This document shows, piece after piece, positions 1 to 11,499 of a stretch of 64,000 bases of DNA. Each line of letters starts with the position of its first letter. The first letter of the stretch is position 1. The stretch comes from Camelus dromedarius. Taxonomy: Eukaryota. The position numbers were made by a program, and so were the translations under genes. Where the stretch lies: the NCBI RefSeq assembly GCF_036321535.1, contig NC_087436.1:98706001-98770000 (forward strand), given 5' to 3'. A model generated the notes under the pieces. It was not told the origin of the DNA, ran no database searches, and worked only from the letters and a program-made list of their open reading frames with translations.

Positions 1-891
1 TTCTGTCTACATACAGTAGTTCTTTTGGAGTGTAGCTCACCTCCTCATGGGTTACACTTTGTACTTCACTTTAGGGGCCTGTTGGGTTTTGTGTTCAGTT
101 ATAGGTCTAGAAGCAGAGGGTAGTGGGAGTGGGTCCTGAGGAGAATCAGCATGTCTCACAATTGTTTAGGTGTAAACATACTTTCCTTAGTCAATACAGA
201 GTTAACCCTTTCAGATGGGGAAGGAAAGGGCAATACCACTGCGGCTGGGGAGGCCACTTCCGCTGGCGAAGGGGACTCACCAATATTTAGGGCTTCAGTA
301 TCCCCAGCTTTGTCAGGGTCATGTCTCCGTTCTAACTCACAGGATTCCGTTCTTTCCCAACCAGTGCACTCACTTTAGTAGTAGAGACCCTGGGAGGTTG
401 AGAGTTCAACTTGCATTTTAATTATGAGTGTCTGTTCTATGCTTGATTCTCAGCAATCTCAGCCCTGCAGCTAAAGGAAATAAGGGTCTCCAGGGCACAT
501 TCATTAAAGTTATTTACATGGTACTTGATTGGGAGTTCAGATCCCTGAGCTCATCTTTTTCCTTCTTCACTCTGTCCAACAACGTTAGAAATATCCAGCC
601 AACCCCATTATATTAGTCAGTTTTCCAAAAATGTTCAAAGGTGTCTTGCACAGTCACCCAGCTTCTTGTTTCTTATAAGTGGTTAATTAGGAGTAGCCAA
701 TGCACATATTTTGTATATATCTGCCAGTTCTGCCAGTTCACAATGTGAACTATCAGTACCCCCTTATTACTATAAATAGAATCCTTACCATCTTTAAACC
801 TAATTAGATTTTCAATTCCAAAACCCCCAGGCCAATTCTGAAAACTTATCTTTAAATTTTGTTCTTCTAGAACTACTCTTAGTCCCCAAAT
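1..891 (-). mobile_element. ERV-L (HERV-L-like) internal region: leader and decayed gag, continuing off the window's left edge
   Basis: Minus-strand translation of about 640-541 gives FEHFWKTD*YNGVGWIFLTLLDRVKKEKDELRD, which resembles ERV-L Gag and has an in-frame stop. It directly abuts the MLT2 LTR in the same orientation. Confidence 0.85.
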
Positions 892-939
892 TGATATTAG
901 TTAGGGTTTGTCAGAGAAACAGAATATATATATATTCAG

Positions 940-972
<33 letters not shown>

Positions 973-1544
973 AAATCTTATATCTGTCTATAAGATATAT
1001 ATGATAGATAGATATAAGATCATGTGTGTGTGTGCATGTGTGTATGTGTGTGTGTATGTATCTATCTTCTGTCTATCTATCTATCAACATGGAGAGAGAT
1101 TTTTTTCGTAAGAAATTGGCTCATATGAATATGGAGGCTGCAAATGAAGCCACAAAAACTAGGTGGTTTAGTTTCAGTCCAAGCCTAAATGCCTGAGAAC
1201 CAACAGAGTCAATGATGTAAGTCCCAGACAGAGTCCAAAGGCCCAAGATCCAGGGGAGCCAAAGGTTAAGTCTCAGTCTAAATGCAGGAGAAGGTCCCAG
1301 TTCACACAGTCAGAAAGAGGGCAGATTCTTCCTTCCATCACCTTTTTATTCTAGTCACAATATCTTAGCAGATTGTATGAGGCCCACCCACATTGAGAAC
1401 AGCAATCCGCTTTGCTCAGTCTACCAATTAAAATGCTAATTCGATCTGGAAACACTCTCACAGACATACCCAGAAATCATGTTTAACCAAGTATCTGGGC
1501 ACTTCTTGTCCTTCTCAAGTTAACACATAAAATTAACCATCACA
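892..1544 (-). mobile_element. MLT2-family LTR (5' LTR of the ERV-L)
   Basis: Minus strand begins TGTGATGGTTAATTTTATGTGTTAACTTGA, the typical MLT2 start, and ends ...TCTCTGACAAACCCTAACTAATATCA. It contains the (TA)n/(TG)n expansion typical of MLT2. Confidence 0.9.
923..1085. repeat. Compound (TA)n/(TG)n/(TATC)n microsatellite within the LTR
   Basis: Directly visible runs. Confidence 0.9.
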
Positions 1545-2829
1545 GAATCCTCTGAAAAAATTCTTGGTAATGCAGCCTAACTTAATAATGTACTTGAGAA
1601 AATTAAGAAATAAGAAGTCTGGGATTTCCTTTAGGAAAATATAACTAAATTCTTAATTAAATTAAAATTAAATGCTCTAAATAAAAATAAAATTAAAACA
1701 AATAAATAGTTAATTTCACACTAAAAAAGGCAAAGATTTTTTTTGCAGTTTCTTCATAATATAAATGGAAATTCTCTAGTGATCTATTATTTGGCTTGCA
1801 AATATTCATGATTTTTGATTCATTGCTTTCTTCTTCATCTTCTTAACTTTAGGCCATTTTACAATTCATCATCATCTTCACCATGAAAAAGGTACATGAA
1901 AAAGGTACATAAAAAAGTAAAGAAAATCTCAAATTAGCTAATACTGTCATGGTTTTTGAAGATGTGGTTATAAAAGTCTTCTATAACTGGTAGATTACAT
2001 ATCTATGCCTTCCTTCTTCTCAAGCAAGAGTTATTTCAATTAATTACTAAATCATATTAATTATGTATTTTAATGCAGCAAAACTTCATTAGAGAAGGAA
2101 AAATTGAACTGCATGAGACAGATGCAACTTCATTTAAATTCTGTTGATAAAATATAAAAGCTAGAGGCCACTGATGACCAACAGGCCAACTCATTAATAA
2201 GGTTGTTTCCCCTGTGTGATACGTTATGTTGGTAGATTGCCAACCACAGTTTCCATGAAGTTCATCTAAATAATAGGCTAATAATAATAATACAGTGCAT
2301 TTTGCTAGTCATTTTTTGTGGTATGTGCATAAATAGTCATTTATAAAATACTAATCAGAATAGTATATTTACTATTTGTGCAAATATAGACAGCAGGAAA
2401 TGATTATCTAATTAAATGTCCTTAAATTTTTGTATTTAAATTTCTCTTCAAGAACACTGGATGGAATCTTCATCTGTATGATACTCCTAAATTTTCTTGA
2501 TTGTTATTTAAAAATTATTGAATATATAAAATTCTATATGTAAGTTGGAGAGATCTAATTACATGTGATTGTAAGTGTTTTATAATTATCACATAGATTT
2601 TTAATTTTCAGATATAAGGAATGATTACAATACAGAGTACTTAATACCAATTAAATCAGATAGTTTTGTGGAAATTTTGATGGAAATTTCTTTCTTTCAT
2701 TTTCCCTTATTTTCTACATTGTTTTTAGGTAATATTTAGTTGAATATTAATTTCAGTTGCCTTTATTTAGAAAATAATTATATTAGAAATTCATTTTCAA
2801 AGTATATATGTTCCAAGAGGCATATTCAC

Positions 2830-3460
2830 TGTATTGGAACCAAGATTTGTGCCTCCCAGATCTGCTCACTTCCACCAGCTCCCCAGGCTACAGTCGCTTT
2901 CTGGCTTCCTGGAACAGCTGATATATCCCCAGTGATGGCACGTACTCTCACAGCAACTATCCCCTCTACATTGAGTCTAAGCCGCCTTCTATACAGATTT
3001 AAGTTTTATACTCCAGAGACTTGCAGTGAAAGACTGCTAACCCTGCACAACAGCAACATTGTACCTGCTGGAATTACGGCTTCCCAGTTGTGCCCAGAGA
3101 GCCAGGTAATGCAGCCTAGAGATGTGGGCGAGTCATTTACTCCTTGGATAGTATTTGATCAATAAAAGACACAAGTCAAGCAGAAGCCATCAGATAAATT
3201 CTTTGTTCTTCCTGCCCCCAAGGACTGTCCCAAGATGGATTAGTATCTTATTGACATCTCTAGAGACATCCCACATGACTTAGCCCCCACGTGTATTTGT
3301 TTCAAACCTGTGTTGGGTTCTGTAACTCTTGCATTTGTTGTCTTCATGCCTCACCGCCTTTTTGCTTTGACTGCCAGTTCCCAGGAATTGCACTTCTAAT
3401 AAAGTGTTAGCTCGCAAGCTTTTGCTTCAGACTTGTTTTCTAGGAACTCAGTGTAAGACA
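2830..3460 (+). mobile_element. ERV-L-class solo LTR, LTR33-like
   Basis: TG...CA ends. The 3' end CTAATAAAGTGTTAGC...GCTTTTGCTTCAGACTTGTTTTCTAGGAACTCAGTGTAAGACA resembles the LTR33 terminus and includes a poly(A) signal. Confidence 0.7.
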
Positions 3461-5309
3461 TTCCTCTATTGGGAAATGCTATCTCACTCCATCTCTCAAC
3501 TGAGAAGGACTATTCTGTAGAGTTGTATTCCATACATTGATTTCAGTAAAATTAATAATTTGATAATGTATCTATGTGACTTTAACTCTGAGGATTTTTC
3601 ATTTTTAATGACATGATAACTAGGAAGTAACAACTTAAAATCATTGCATATTTAATGCATTTCTATTCAAATCACATATACAATAATGATAATGTAAATA
3701 GCAATGTATTAGACTCTCTGGTAGGAGTATATGACTGTGAGAACTGAAGAAATATGCATCTACATAAAGATAGATAAAACTATCTTACAAGAAGTAATTA
3801 TTGAACAATTAAACATTAAATTTTGAGATATTAACTACAAGTATTGTGAGGATTAAGATAGTGATCAGTTAGCTCATTGGAAGTGACTTAAAAGAAAGAA
3901 GAATTGTTCAAATCTTTGCACATTAATAGTTGAAAAGCAACCAGAATGAGTGTAGTTGAATCCCTATGCCTCTAATGATAAGAAGCATGGCCAAAGAAAG
4001 ATGGATTAAAATGAATAGGAAACAATAGCTCACATGCAAGAATCACTTAAGTATGTGAAGTAACTGTGATCATTTAACTAAAATAGATAATGAAAATTTA
4101 AATTCTAATGAAGTAGCTTAGATAAAGTCTTCAAACCGTTGTTTAATGTGATGTATAATTAATTTCATATTGATTCTGAAACATCTCAAATTGATTTGCA
4201 CTTAGTTTTGACATCAATTATTATAATACCCTTAGATTCTCTAGGTTTTTATTCAAAATATCTAATTAATCTTAAGGAATAAAAATACATGATTAATTAT
4301 TTTTCATTAATAATAATTATAGTACCATTATTTGTGTCTCTATCGTAGCCTTTTATTTAAACTAATAATTTAAAAAATTAGCTTCTTAATTTTAAAATGA
4401 TCATTAGAATACTATTATTTTTATTAAGTGAAACTGAAGATGAGAAAAGTAAACTCTTATTTACATGAAAAGGGCAAAGTCAGCATCTATTCTCAGATTT
4501 ATTTAATTTCAAAACCCAAGCATTTCATCAACATACTAATACTAGTCAGGCGTTTAAATTATGCCAAATTATAACATTCCAAACATGAAAAATATTAATG
4601 CTCTTAAGTGAAATATACAAGTACCTTTAAGTGATGTAGGAGAGATTAACAGTGCTAAGATAAACCTCAAATTTTAATAAGCACTACAATTTTTCCCATT
4701 TGAATGCAAGTAGTAACTATTGTATTTACATATTTACAAAATATTATAAAGTGAAATATAACTCTAATTTACCATATCACATAAAGACTTCAAACAGGCA
4801 AGCCTAAGTATATGGAAACACATTTACTTCTGTCCTTAGTATTAGAAGTCTACACAAAACCACAGCATTTAAAGTTTTCAGTACAAAGTATTGAACATAG
4901 ATAAAGATGTGATTGGTAACATCATAAAAAGGGACTCTAATATCCTCTGCTGGGAAACCCCCAGGTCCATGAAGTGCAATTAGAAGATCAAACACAATTG
5001 TAAGGGAGTCAAAGTAGTCAAGGAGGTAAAGATCACCACAAATAACTAGGAAATTAAGAATGTTTAACTGAGTTAAACTTTAACATCAATAAATTATGGG
5101 TAGAGTAGATGTATGTGATATACTCTAAAGACACAAAAATGAGAGGTGTTTTCTAAGATAGTCTCCCAAAAAAGGGGGGGGGGAGATGTTCTCTACATAG
5201 TCAATTAAATTGATTCCATTGACTTCAACTCTCATTACAAAATGATTTTTGTCTATGAGACAAATTGTTATAGACAGCTGGGTCCTATTGAACCTCAGTT
5301 TTTATTGAT

Positions 5310-5818
5310 AATGATTCAATATATACAAATCAATAAATGTGATATGCCACATTAACACAAATGAAGGATAAAAAAATTATATCATCTCAGTAGAAGCAGA
5401 AAAAACATTGGACAAAATACTGATACTTCCATGAAAAAAAATACTCTCAACAAATTAGGTGTAGAACAAATATACCTCAGCATAATAAAAGCCATATGAA
5501 TCAAGCCACCAGCTAACATCATACTCAATGATGAAAAGCTAAAAGCCTGTCCTGTAAGATAAGGAACAAAATAAAGATGTCCATTCTCATTATTTCTATT
5601 TAACATAGTACCTGAAGTCCTAGCTAGAGCAATTAGGCAAGAAAAAGAAATACAAGGTATCCAAATCAAAAAGGAAGAAATAAAATTATCTCCACTTCCT
5701 GGTCACATGATCTTATATGTAGAAAACCCTAAAGACTCTACCAAAAAACTGTTGGGAATAATAAAAATTTTAGTAAAAGTTATATGTACAAAATTAACAT
5801 ACAAAAATAAGTTGTTTC
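5310..5818 (+). mobile_element. LINE-1 ORF2 (RT region) fragment
   Basis: L1 ORF2 hallmarks CAAATCAATAAATGTGATA, GAAGTCCTAGCTAGAGCAATTAGGCAAGAAAAAGAAAT and ATGATCTTATATGTAGAAAACCCTAAAGACTC. ORF 5382..5669(-) is its antisense read. Confidence 0.92.
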
Positions 5819-7186
5819 TTTTTTAAATTGAGATATATTGACATATAATATATTAGATATATCAAATAATATATTCATTTCAGATGTACAACGTAAGGAT
5901 TTGATATTTGCATTTATTATGAAATGATTATTTTTTCTTGTGATGAGAACATTTATGATAAATCTCCTAGCAATTTTTAAATACATAATACAGTATCATT
6001 AATTATAGTCACTATGCTATACATTACATCCCCAGGACTTATTTATTTTATACCTGAAAGTTTGGTTTGTGTTTTTTGATTACCATCACCCATTTTTGCC
6101 TAGCCCACAATGCCTGCCTCTGGCAACCACAAATCTGTTCTCTATGTATTCAGAGGGTTTTTTATTTCTTTTTTTAAGATTCCACATATAAATGATATCA
6201 TACAGTATTTGTCTTTCTCTTTCTAAATTATTTCACTTAGCATAATGTCCTCAAGGTCCACTCATATTGTTGCAAATTGTAAGATGTCATTCTTTTTTAT
6301 GACTGAATAATATATATATTATTTTTAAATAATTTAATTTAACATTTTTAATCCATTTATCCATCTAAAGACACAGATTGTTCCCAAATCTTGGCTATTG
6401 TAAATAATGTTGCAGTTAATATGGGGGTACAGATGTCTTCTTGAGTTAGTGTTTTCAAATAAATACCCAAAAGTGGAACTGCTGGATCATATGGTAGTTC
6501 TATTTTTAATTTTTTGAGGAAACTTCATACTGTTTTCCATAGCCCCCATATCAACTTACATTCTCACAAACTGTGCACAAAGTTCGTTTTCTCCATTTCC
6601 TCCTCAAAGAGAGCTATTGCTTAGCTCTTTGATAACAGCCATTCCGGCAGATGGAAGGTGACACCTCATTGTGGTTTTGATTTGCATTTCCCTGCTGATT
6701 TGTGATACAGAGCACCTTTTCATGTACCTGTTGCCTATCTATATGTCTTCTTCGGAAAAATGTCTATTCAGATCCTCTGACCATTTTTTAATTGGATATT
6801 TTGCTTTTTTGCTATTGAGTTGTATGAGCTCTTTATATTTTTTGAATGTTAAACCCTTATCAGATATATAATTTGCAAATATTTTCTCCCATCTGGTAGG
6901 TTGTCTTTTCATTTTGTTGATGGTTTCCTTTGCTGTTTAGAAGCATTTAGTTTAATGCAGTCCACTTTTTTTTTCTTTTGTTGACTTTGTTTTTTTGTGC
7001 AAAATACAAACATGATTACCAAGACCAATATAAAGGAGCTTACTACCAATGCTTCCTTCTAGGAGTTTTATGGTTTCCAGTCTTACATTCAACTCTTTAA
7101 TCCATTTTGAGTTGATTTTTGTATGTGCTGTAAGATAACGGTCCAGTTTTATTCTTTTGCATATGGCTGTCTAGATTCCCCAAAAC
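5819..7186 (-). mobile_element. LINE-1 3' end (ORF2 C-terminus and 3'UTR), L1MA-like
   Basis: T-rich tail at the left, followed by antisense L1 motifs: GATTCCACATATAAATGATATCATACAGTATTTGTCTTTCT, GCTGGATCATATGGTAGTTCTATTTTTAATTTTTTGAGGAA and CTCATTGTGGTTTTGATTTGCATTTCCCTG. Confidence 0.93.
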
Positions 7187-7189
7187 CAT

Positions 7190-7640
7190 ATATTAAAGAA
7201 ACTATCAACTCTTGGTTGGATTATTACAATTTATTTCTACCAGGTCTCCAAGCTTCCCCTCTTGTTCTATAACAAATGCTGTTGAGAAGTTGAAAATGAG
7301 AACAAAGAAGTAATCATTAGATGTGGCAACATGGAAGCATTTAGTATTCTGGTAAAAGTTGTTCTTGTGGACTTGACTGGTTAATGCAGAAAACTTCAGG
7401 TTGCTTGGTAGAGGAGGATGCTTTTTTAAAAAAATTAAAAATGATGAGTTTAAGTTTGTTTCTGAGAATGAAAGGAAATATGGAAAGAAATAACACTGAA
7501 GTGTTTATTGCCCTCCTCACCATAAGATCCTGCTGGGTTGCTGAGTCTATTGACCCAAAGCAACAAAAATCCTCTCATGTGGTCCTTTCTGAACATCTAC
7601 CATTTCTGTAATAATGACCATTTCTACCCTACTCTTTGCA
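7190..7640. mobile_element. Degraded LINE-2 fragments in mixed orientation
   Basis: GGATTATTACAAT...CCAGGTCTCC (L2 sense) and TTAGATGTGGCAACATGGAAGCATT (L2 antisense). Confidence 0.5.
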
Positions 7641-7770
7641 CCTTCAGATGCAAGGGAGGTAAATGATTCAGCTATGACTACTGCTGGTACATTTCACTGT
7701 TCTTTTCCCTAAACCCAAACCCACTACTCGTTTTGAATGTGCCATCTGTCTCTAAGTGATATAGGACAAT

Positions 7771-7971
7771 AAAAAAGAAAGAAAGGAAAGAAGGAAAGAG
7801 AGAAAGGAAAGAAGGAAAGCAGGAAAGCAAGAAAGCAAGAAAGCAAGAAGAAAGCAAGAAAGCAAGAAAAGAAGGAAGGAAGGAAGGAAGGAAGGAAGGA
7901 AGGAAGGAAGGAAGGAAGGAAGGAAGGAAGGAAGGAAGAAAAGAAAAGAATAGAAAAGAAAAGAAAAGAAA
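7771..7971 (+). repeat. Compound purine microsatellite (GAAA)n-(GCAAGAAA)n-(GAAG)~17-(GAAAA)n
   Basis: Directly visible. The perfect GAAG run spans 7871-7938. Confidence 0.97.
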
Positions 7972-8119
7972 TGTTAGCCTTGGTGCGTTAGTTTCAAATG
8001 GCTATAAGAATGATAAATTCAGGAGCAAGTGAACTTGGGACCATTTCATATAACACTACGTATCAAGAAGAAAATAAAGTGTTAAAAAGGGGATAAGCAG
8101 TAACTCAGTTGGGAGGGAC

Positions 8120-8900
8120 TTATTTCAGATAAGTCAAGGAAGGTCTTTCTGAGTGACACATGGAAATCACACTACCTTCTGAGGAAGAAGAAGACATTAG
8201 AAGTTCTGGACCTATAGTATTCTAGACAAAGGAAATGACAAATCGTTCCCAAATAATTAATAAACTGGAAAATTAACAGGAGGTGAAAGATCAGAGAGAA
8301 GAAACTTTGTGAGGAAGAAGGTCAGAGGCTTAAACAGAAGCATATCAGGCAGGTTTATGTTGGCCATAACAAAGAGTTTAGAGTTTGAAGAGTAATGAGA
8401 GACTATTAGAGGTATTTAATGAAGGAAGGATGTGCTGTGATCAGCATGTTAAGTAGATAGCTGGCTGCTATTTGGAGAACGCATTGAGAGAGGGAGAGCT
8501 CAGAAGTACGGAGATAATGTAGGATGCAACTTCTGAAGTACAAGTGAAAGATGATGGTAGAAAGAGGATGCTGGTGATGGAGCAAGGAATTTAAACTTCA
8601 TTTTGATAGTAGAGTCACAGGACTTTCTGATTATAATATATGTAGGGATAGGAAATAAAGAATTGATCGTCTGAACATGTGATGGTGCCATTGTCAGAAC
8701 ATGAACTATTAGGAAAAAATCGTATCTGAAGAAAGAAAAATAATTAGGAATTATATTTCAGTAATGTTAATTTTTATCAAATCAGATGAATATAGGTAGA
8801 GGAAATCAATAGTGTCTTTGCTATATCTGAAAGAATTTCTTGTTATGGGAAGCAGAAATTTCAGAAGAAATCTATTTAGAGCCTTTAAATGGACTAAAGT
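8120..8900 (-). mobile_element. LINE-2 fragment
   Basis: GTCAAGGAAGGTCTTTCTGAG, CTGGCTGCTATTTGGAGAA and ACAGGACTTTCTGATT match antisense L2. Confidence 0.65.
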
Positions 8901-11499
8901 TAAAATTGAAATAAATACCAGTATGTTGCAGTTGAATCGAATTCTGCATCCCTCCAGCAATTCTGGCAACTTCACTATGCATATTGCTTGGGGTGTGTCA
9001 CTCTGGATTTAAGGAGGTCATAGCAAGGAGCTGGTGGTAAGCACCACTACAGCCTCCTTCTAAGGAAGGAGCTGTGTAAGATGAAACTCACAGTTAACAT
9101 GCAGCTGCCACAGCAAACAAAGGAGTTTTCAGCTCAGAGACAAATTATCTGATGTGAATGCCTCTATCTCCAGCCTCCTTCCAGTAACCCCTCAGGCTTC
9201 CAATTGGCTGAACTACACAATAAAACTAAAACTTTCTGTTCAGCTCTTCTTTTGGACTCCAAAGATTCAGACTCCATTAACAATCCTGACCCATCAATTT
9301 ACCTATTTTCCTGTAGAATCCTTTCCCTCATGATGCCAAATGTGTCCTAGTGTTTTCAACACTGTTTTTTTGCAACTCAGGTTTCAGATAACCCTGTTAT
9401 TCAGATCCGTTCTTACCTGGATCTTAGGACTGAATCTACCAACCAGAGACCTGTCCCGTGCACTCACACAGCCAGACAGAGCAAGCTCACTTGCAGGGAA
9501 AGGTGAGTGGTAATACAACTGCCAGCTCTAACTTTGTAGGATCCTGTGATCTGAGCTACCGCCTCTGGCGTGCTATATATAACTAAGCTTTCTACTGTTG
9601 TTTCACTCTTACAAATGAAATTCACTATGTATTTCTGGTAAAGAAAAGTTTATTTTAAAATCCATACACTAAAGCTCTCTGTTCTCAGTGGGAGAAGAAC
9701 AATTTTTGCTTCAATTTATACATGCAAAATTTTATATATGTAAAAATGTTGACCTTGGTGGTATGTTTCTATTAATTCCAGACAGTGGCAAGACCCAAAG
9801 TTTGCTTTGCTCCAATGTCAGAAATTATCCTGAACAAAACAACTTTCACATTAGAAAGCGAGAATCAGAATAATATTTGCATTATGCAACCTCTGGGACC
9901 AGGAGTTTATTTTCTTGTTCACATGGAATATAAAAACAATCTCAAAAGATTGATCTCCACAACCACTTACACACTGAATATGTGAACACAGACACAATCC
10001 CAAAGGTCATTAATCAGTCACAGCTTAGCATTTTATCAGCATCAGGACAAATTTCCAGTGCCTGCATATATGTTTCCATTTGCTAAGATTAATACATCGC
10101 ACTGTTCTTGCTAATACTCCACAGGGATGTAGAAAATAGGAAGGTAGATTTTCAGAGAAAAAAAAAGGAAAAGGAAAAAAGAAGCAGATAGTTTTAAAAA
10201 ACAAAGGGGAGACATCGGAAGAATGAAATAAGACAAGCAAAGATAAAGTAAAAAAGACTGAGGGCTCCCTGACTCCGAAGGGAAAAATGCATATATTCTC
10301 TTTCACACTGAGATTGAATTCTATGACTTTTTCATGCTGTGTGTTGTCTTTCTTTCCCAATTCTCACATGAAATATTTCAGGATGACAAACTGCTCCTCT
10401 GAGAAACATTTTAAACAGGTGTGTGACTTTCAGATATAGGCAAGGTTGATTTTCAGAAATACTGTGATGTAAGAGAAATGTGTTTGAGACGAATTCTTGC
10501 CTCTCTTTCCAAAGCTCGTCCCCCTACGTCCAGGCGCGTTTTCATTTCCTCCTCACCCACAGCCTTCGTGGCCATTCTCCTGCCTGGATCTCCATACGCA
10601 AGTCACTTAATACCCTCAAGCAGGGAGTCCGTAAAATTAAATACAGAATGTGAAAGCACGCGAGTGACAGCTGTTGCGATGAGCCACTCAGCTCTGCTGG
10701 GGGGCCCGTAATTTATCAAAGCCTCCAGCCGCTGTGCCTTTGGCTCTCCCACTGCATCCACCGAGGTTATGTTTGCCCCAGGCCTTGGAGCCAGTGACGG
10801 AGCACAACAAGGCTACTTACGCAGATTCAATACAGTGAGATACAGGCATCTTCCAACAGGAGACTGGAGCTCAAGGACTGCTTTTTAGTTTGGCCAAATC
10901 TTTGTTGGAACCATGCTGCATCCAAGAATCTTTGTCCCGAGGCTTCCTTCCCTCCTTCTTTCCTTCCACAGGTGTCAGACCAGGGTTACAACTCTACTCT
11001 TCTTTTCCTGCTCTTCCTACTGTAAACATCTTGAATGTCCATTCTGTCTAGGTATGTGGCATTTGGTGATTCTAAATGAATGCAGAAGGTACTCTGATAC
11101 TTGAAAAAACAGGTGGCAAAATGAAGATTTTCAACTTGATCATTCCTGGTCTGGAAGAAAAAGAAGACACAATCCTGTATGTAGGAGGACAACCGATAGA
11201 ACGTGATGCAAGACAGCATCCCAAGGGCTAAAGATTTCTTTTGCAGCTAACCCTTGTACGTACAATGATTCAGGCGTTTTAAATAATTGGTAGGGTGGGG
11301 GGTGTGGTGCCAAGACTTAAATAAATAGCAATATTGGCTGATTACTAAGTTGAATTTATTCATTGAAGAGGGGTGATGAGAAACAAGCAGTCAAAGGCTA
11401 ACTGTGAGAGTGTGAAGACGCTGGCCAAGAGCAGAAACTGATGAGCATCAGGTATCACAGATATGCAGAAGCATTTTAATGCTCATCTAAAGTAGGTAT

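Noticed and set aside
2740..3165. 141-aa ORF
   Set aside because: Non-ATG start, runs into an LTR33-like element, and has no protein motif.
5143..5202. Diverged 20-bp direct repeat flanking an A6G10 run
   Set aside because: Too short and degenerate to distinguish a micro-insertion TSD from local slippage.
8960..9580. Possible old MLT1/ERV-L fragments
   Set aside because: Only brief motif resemblance (CCAATTGGCTGAAC), too diverged to assign by eye.
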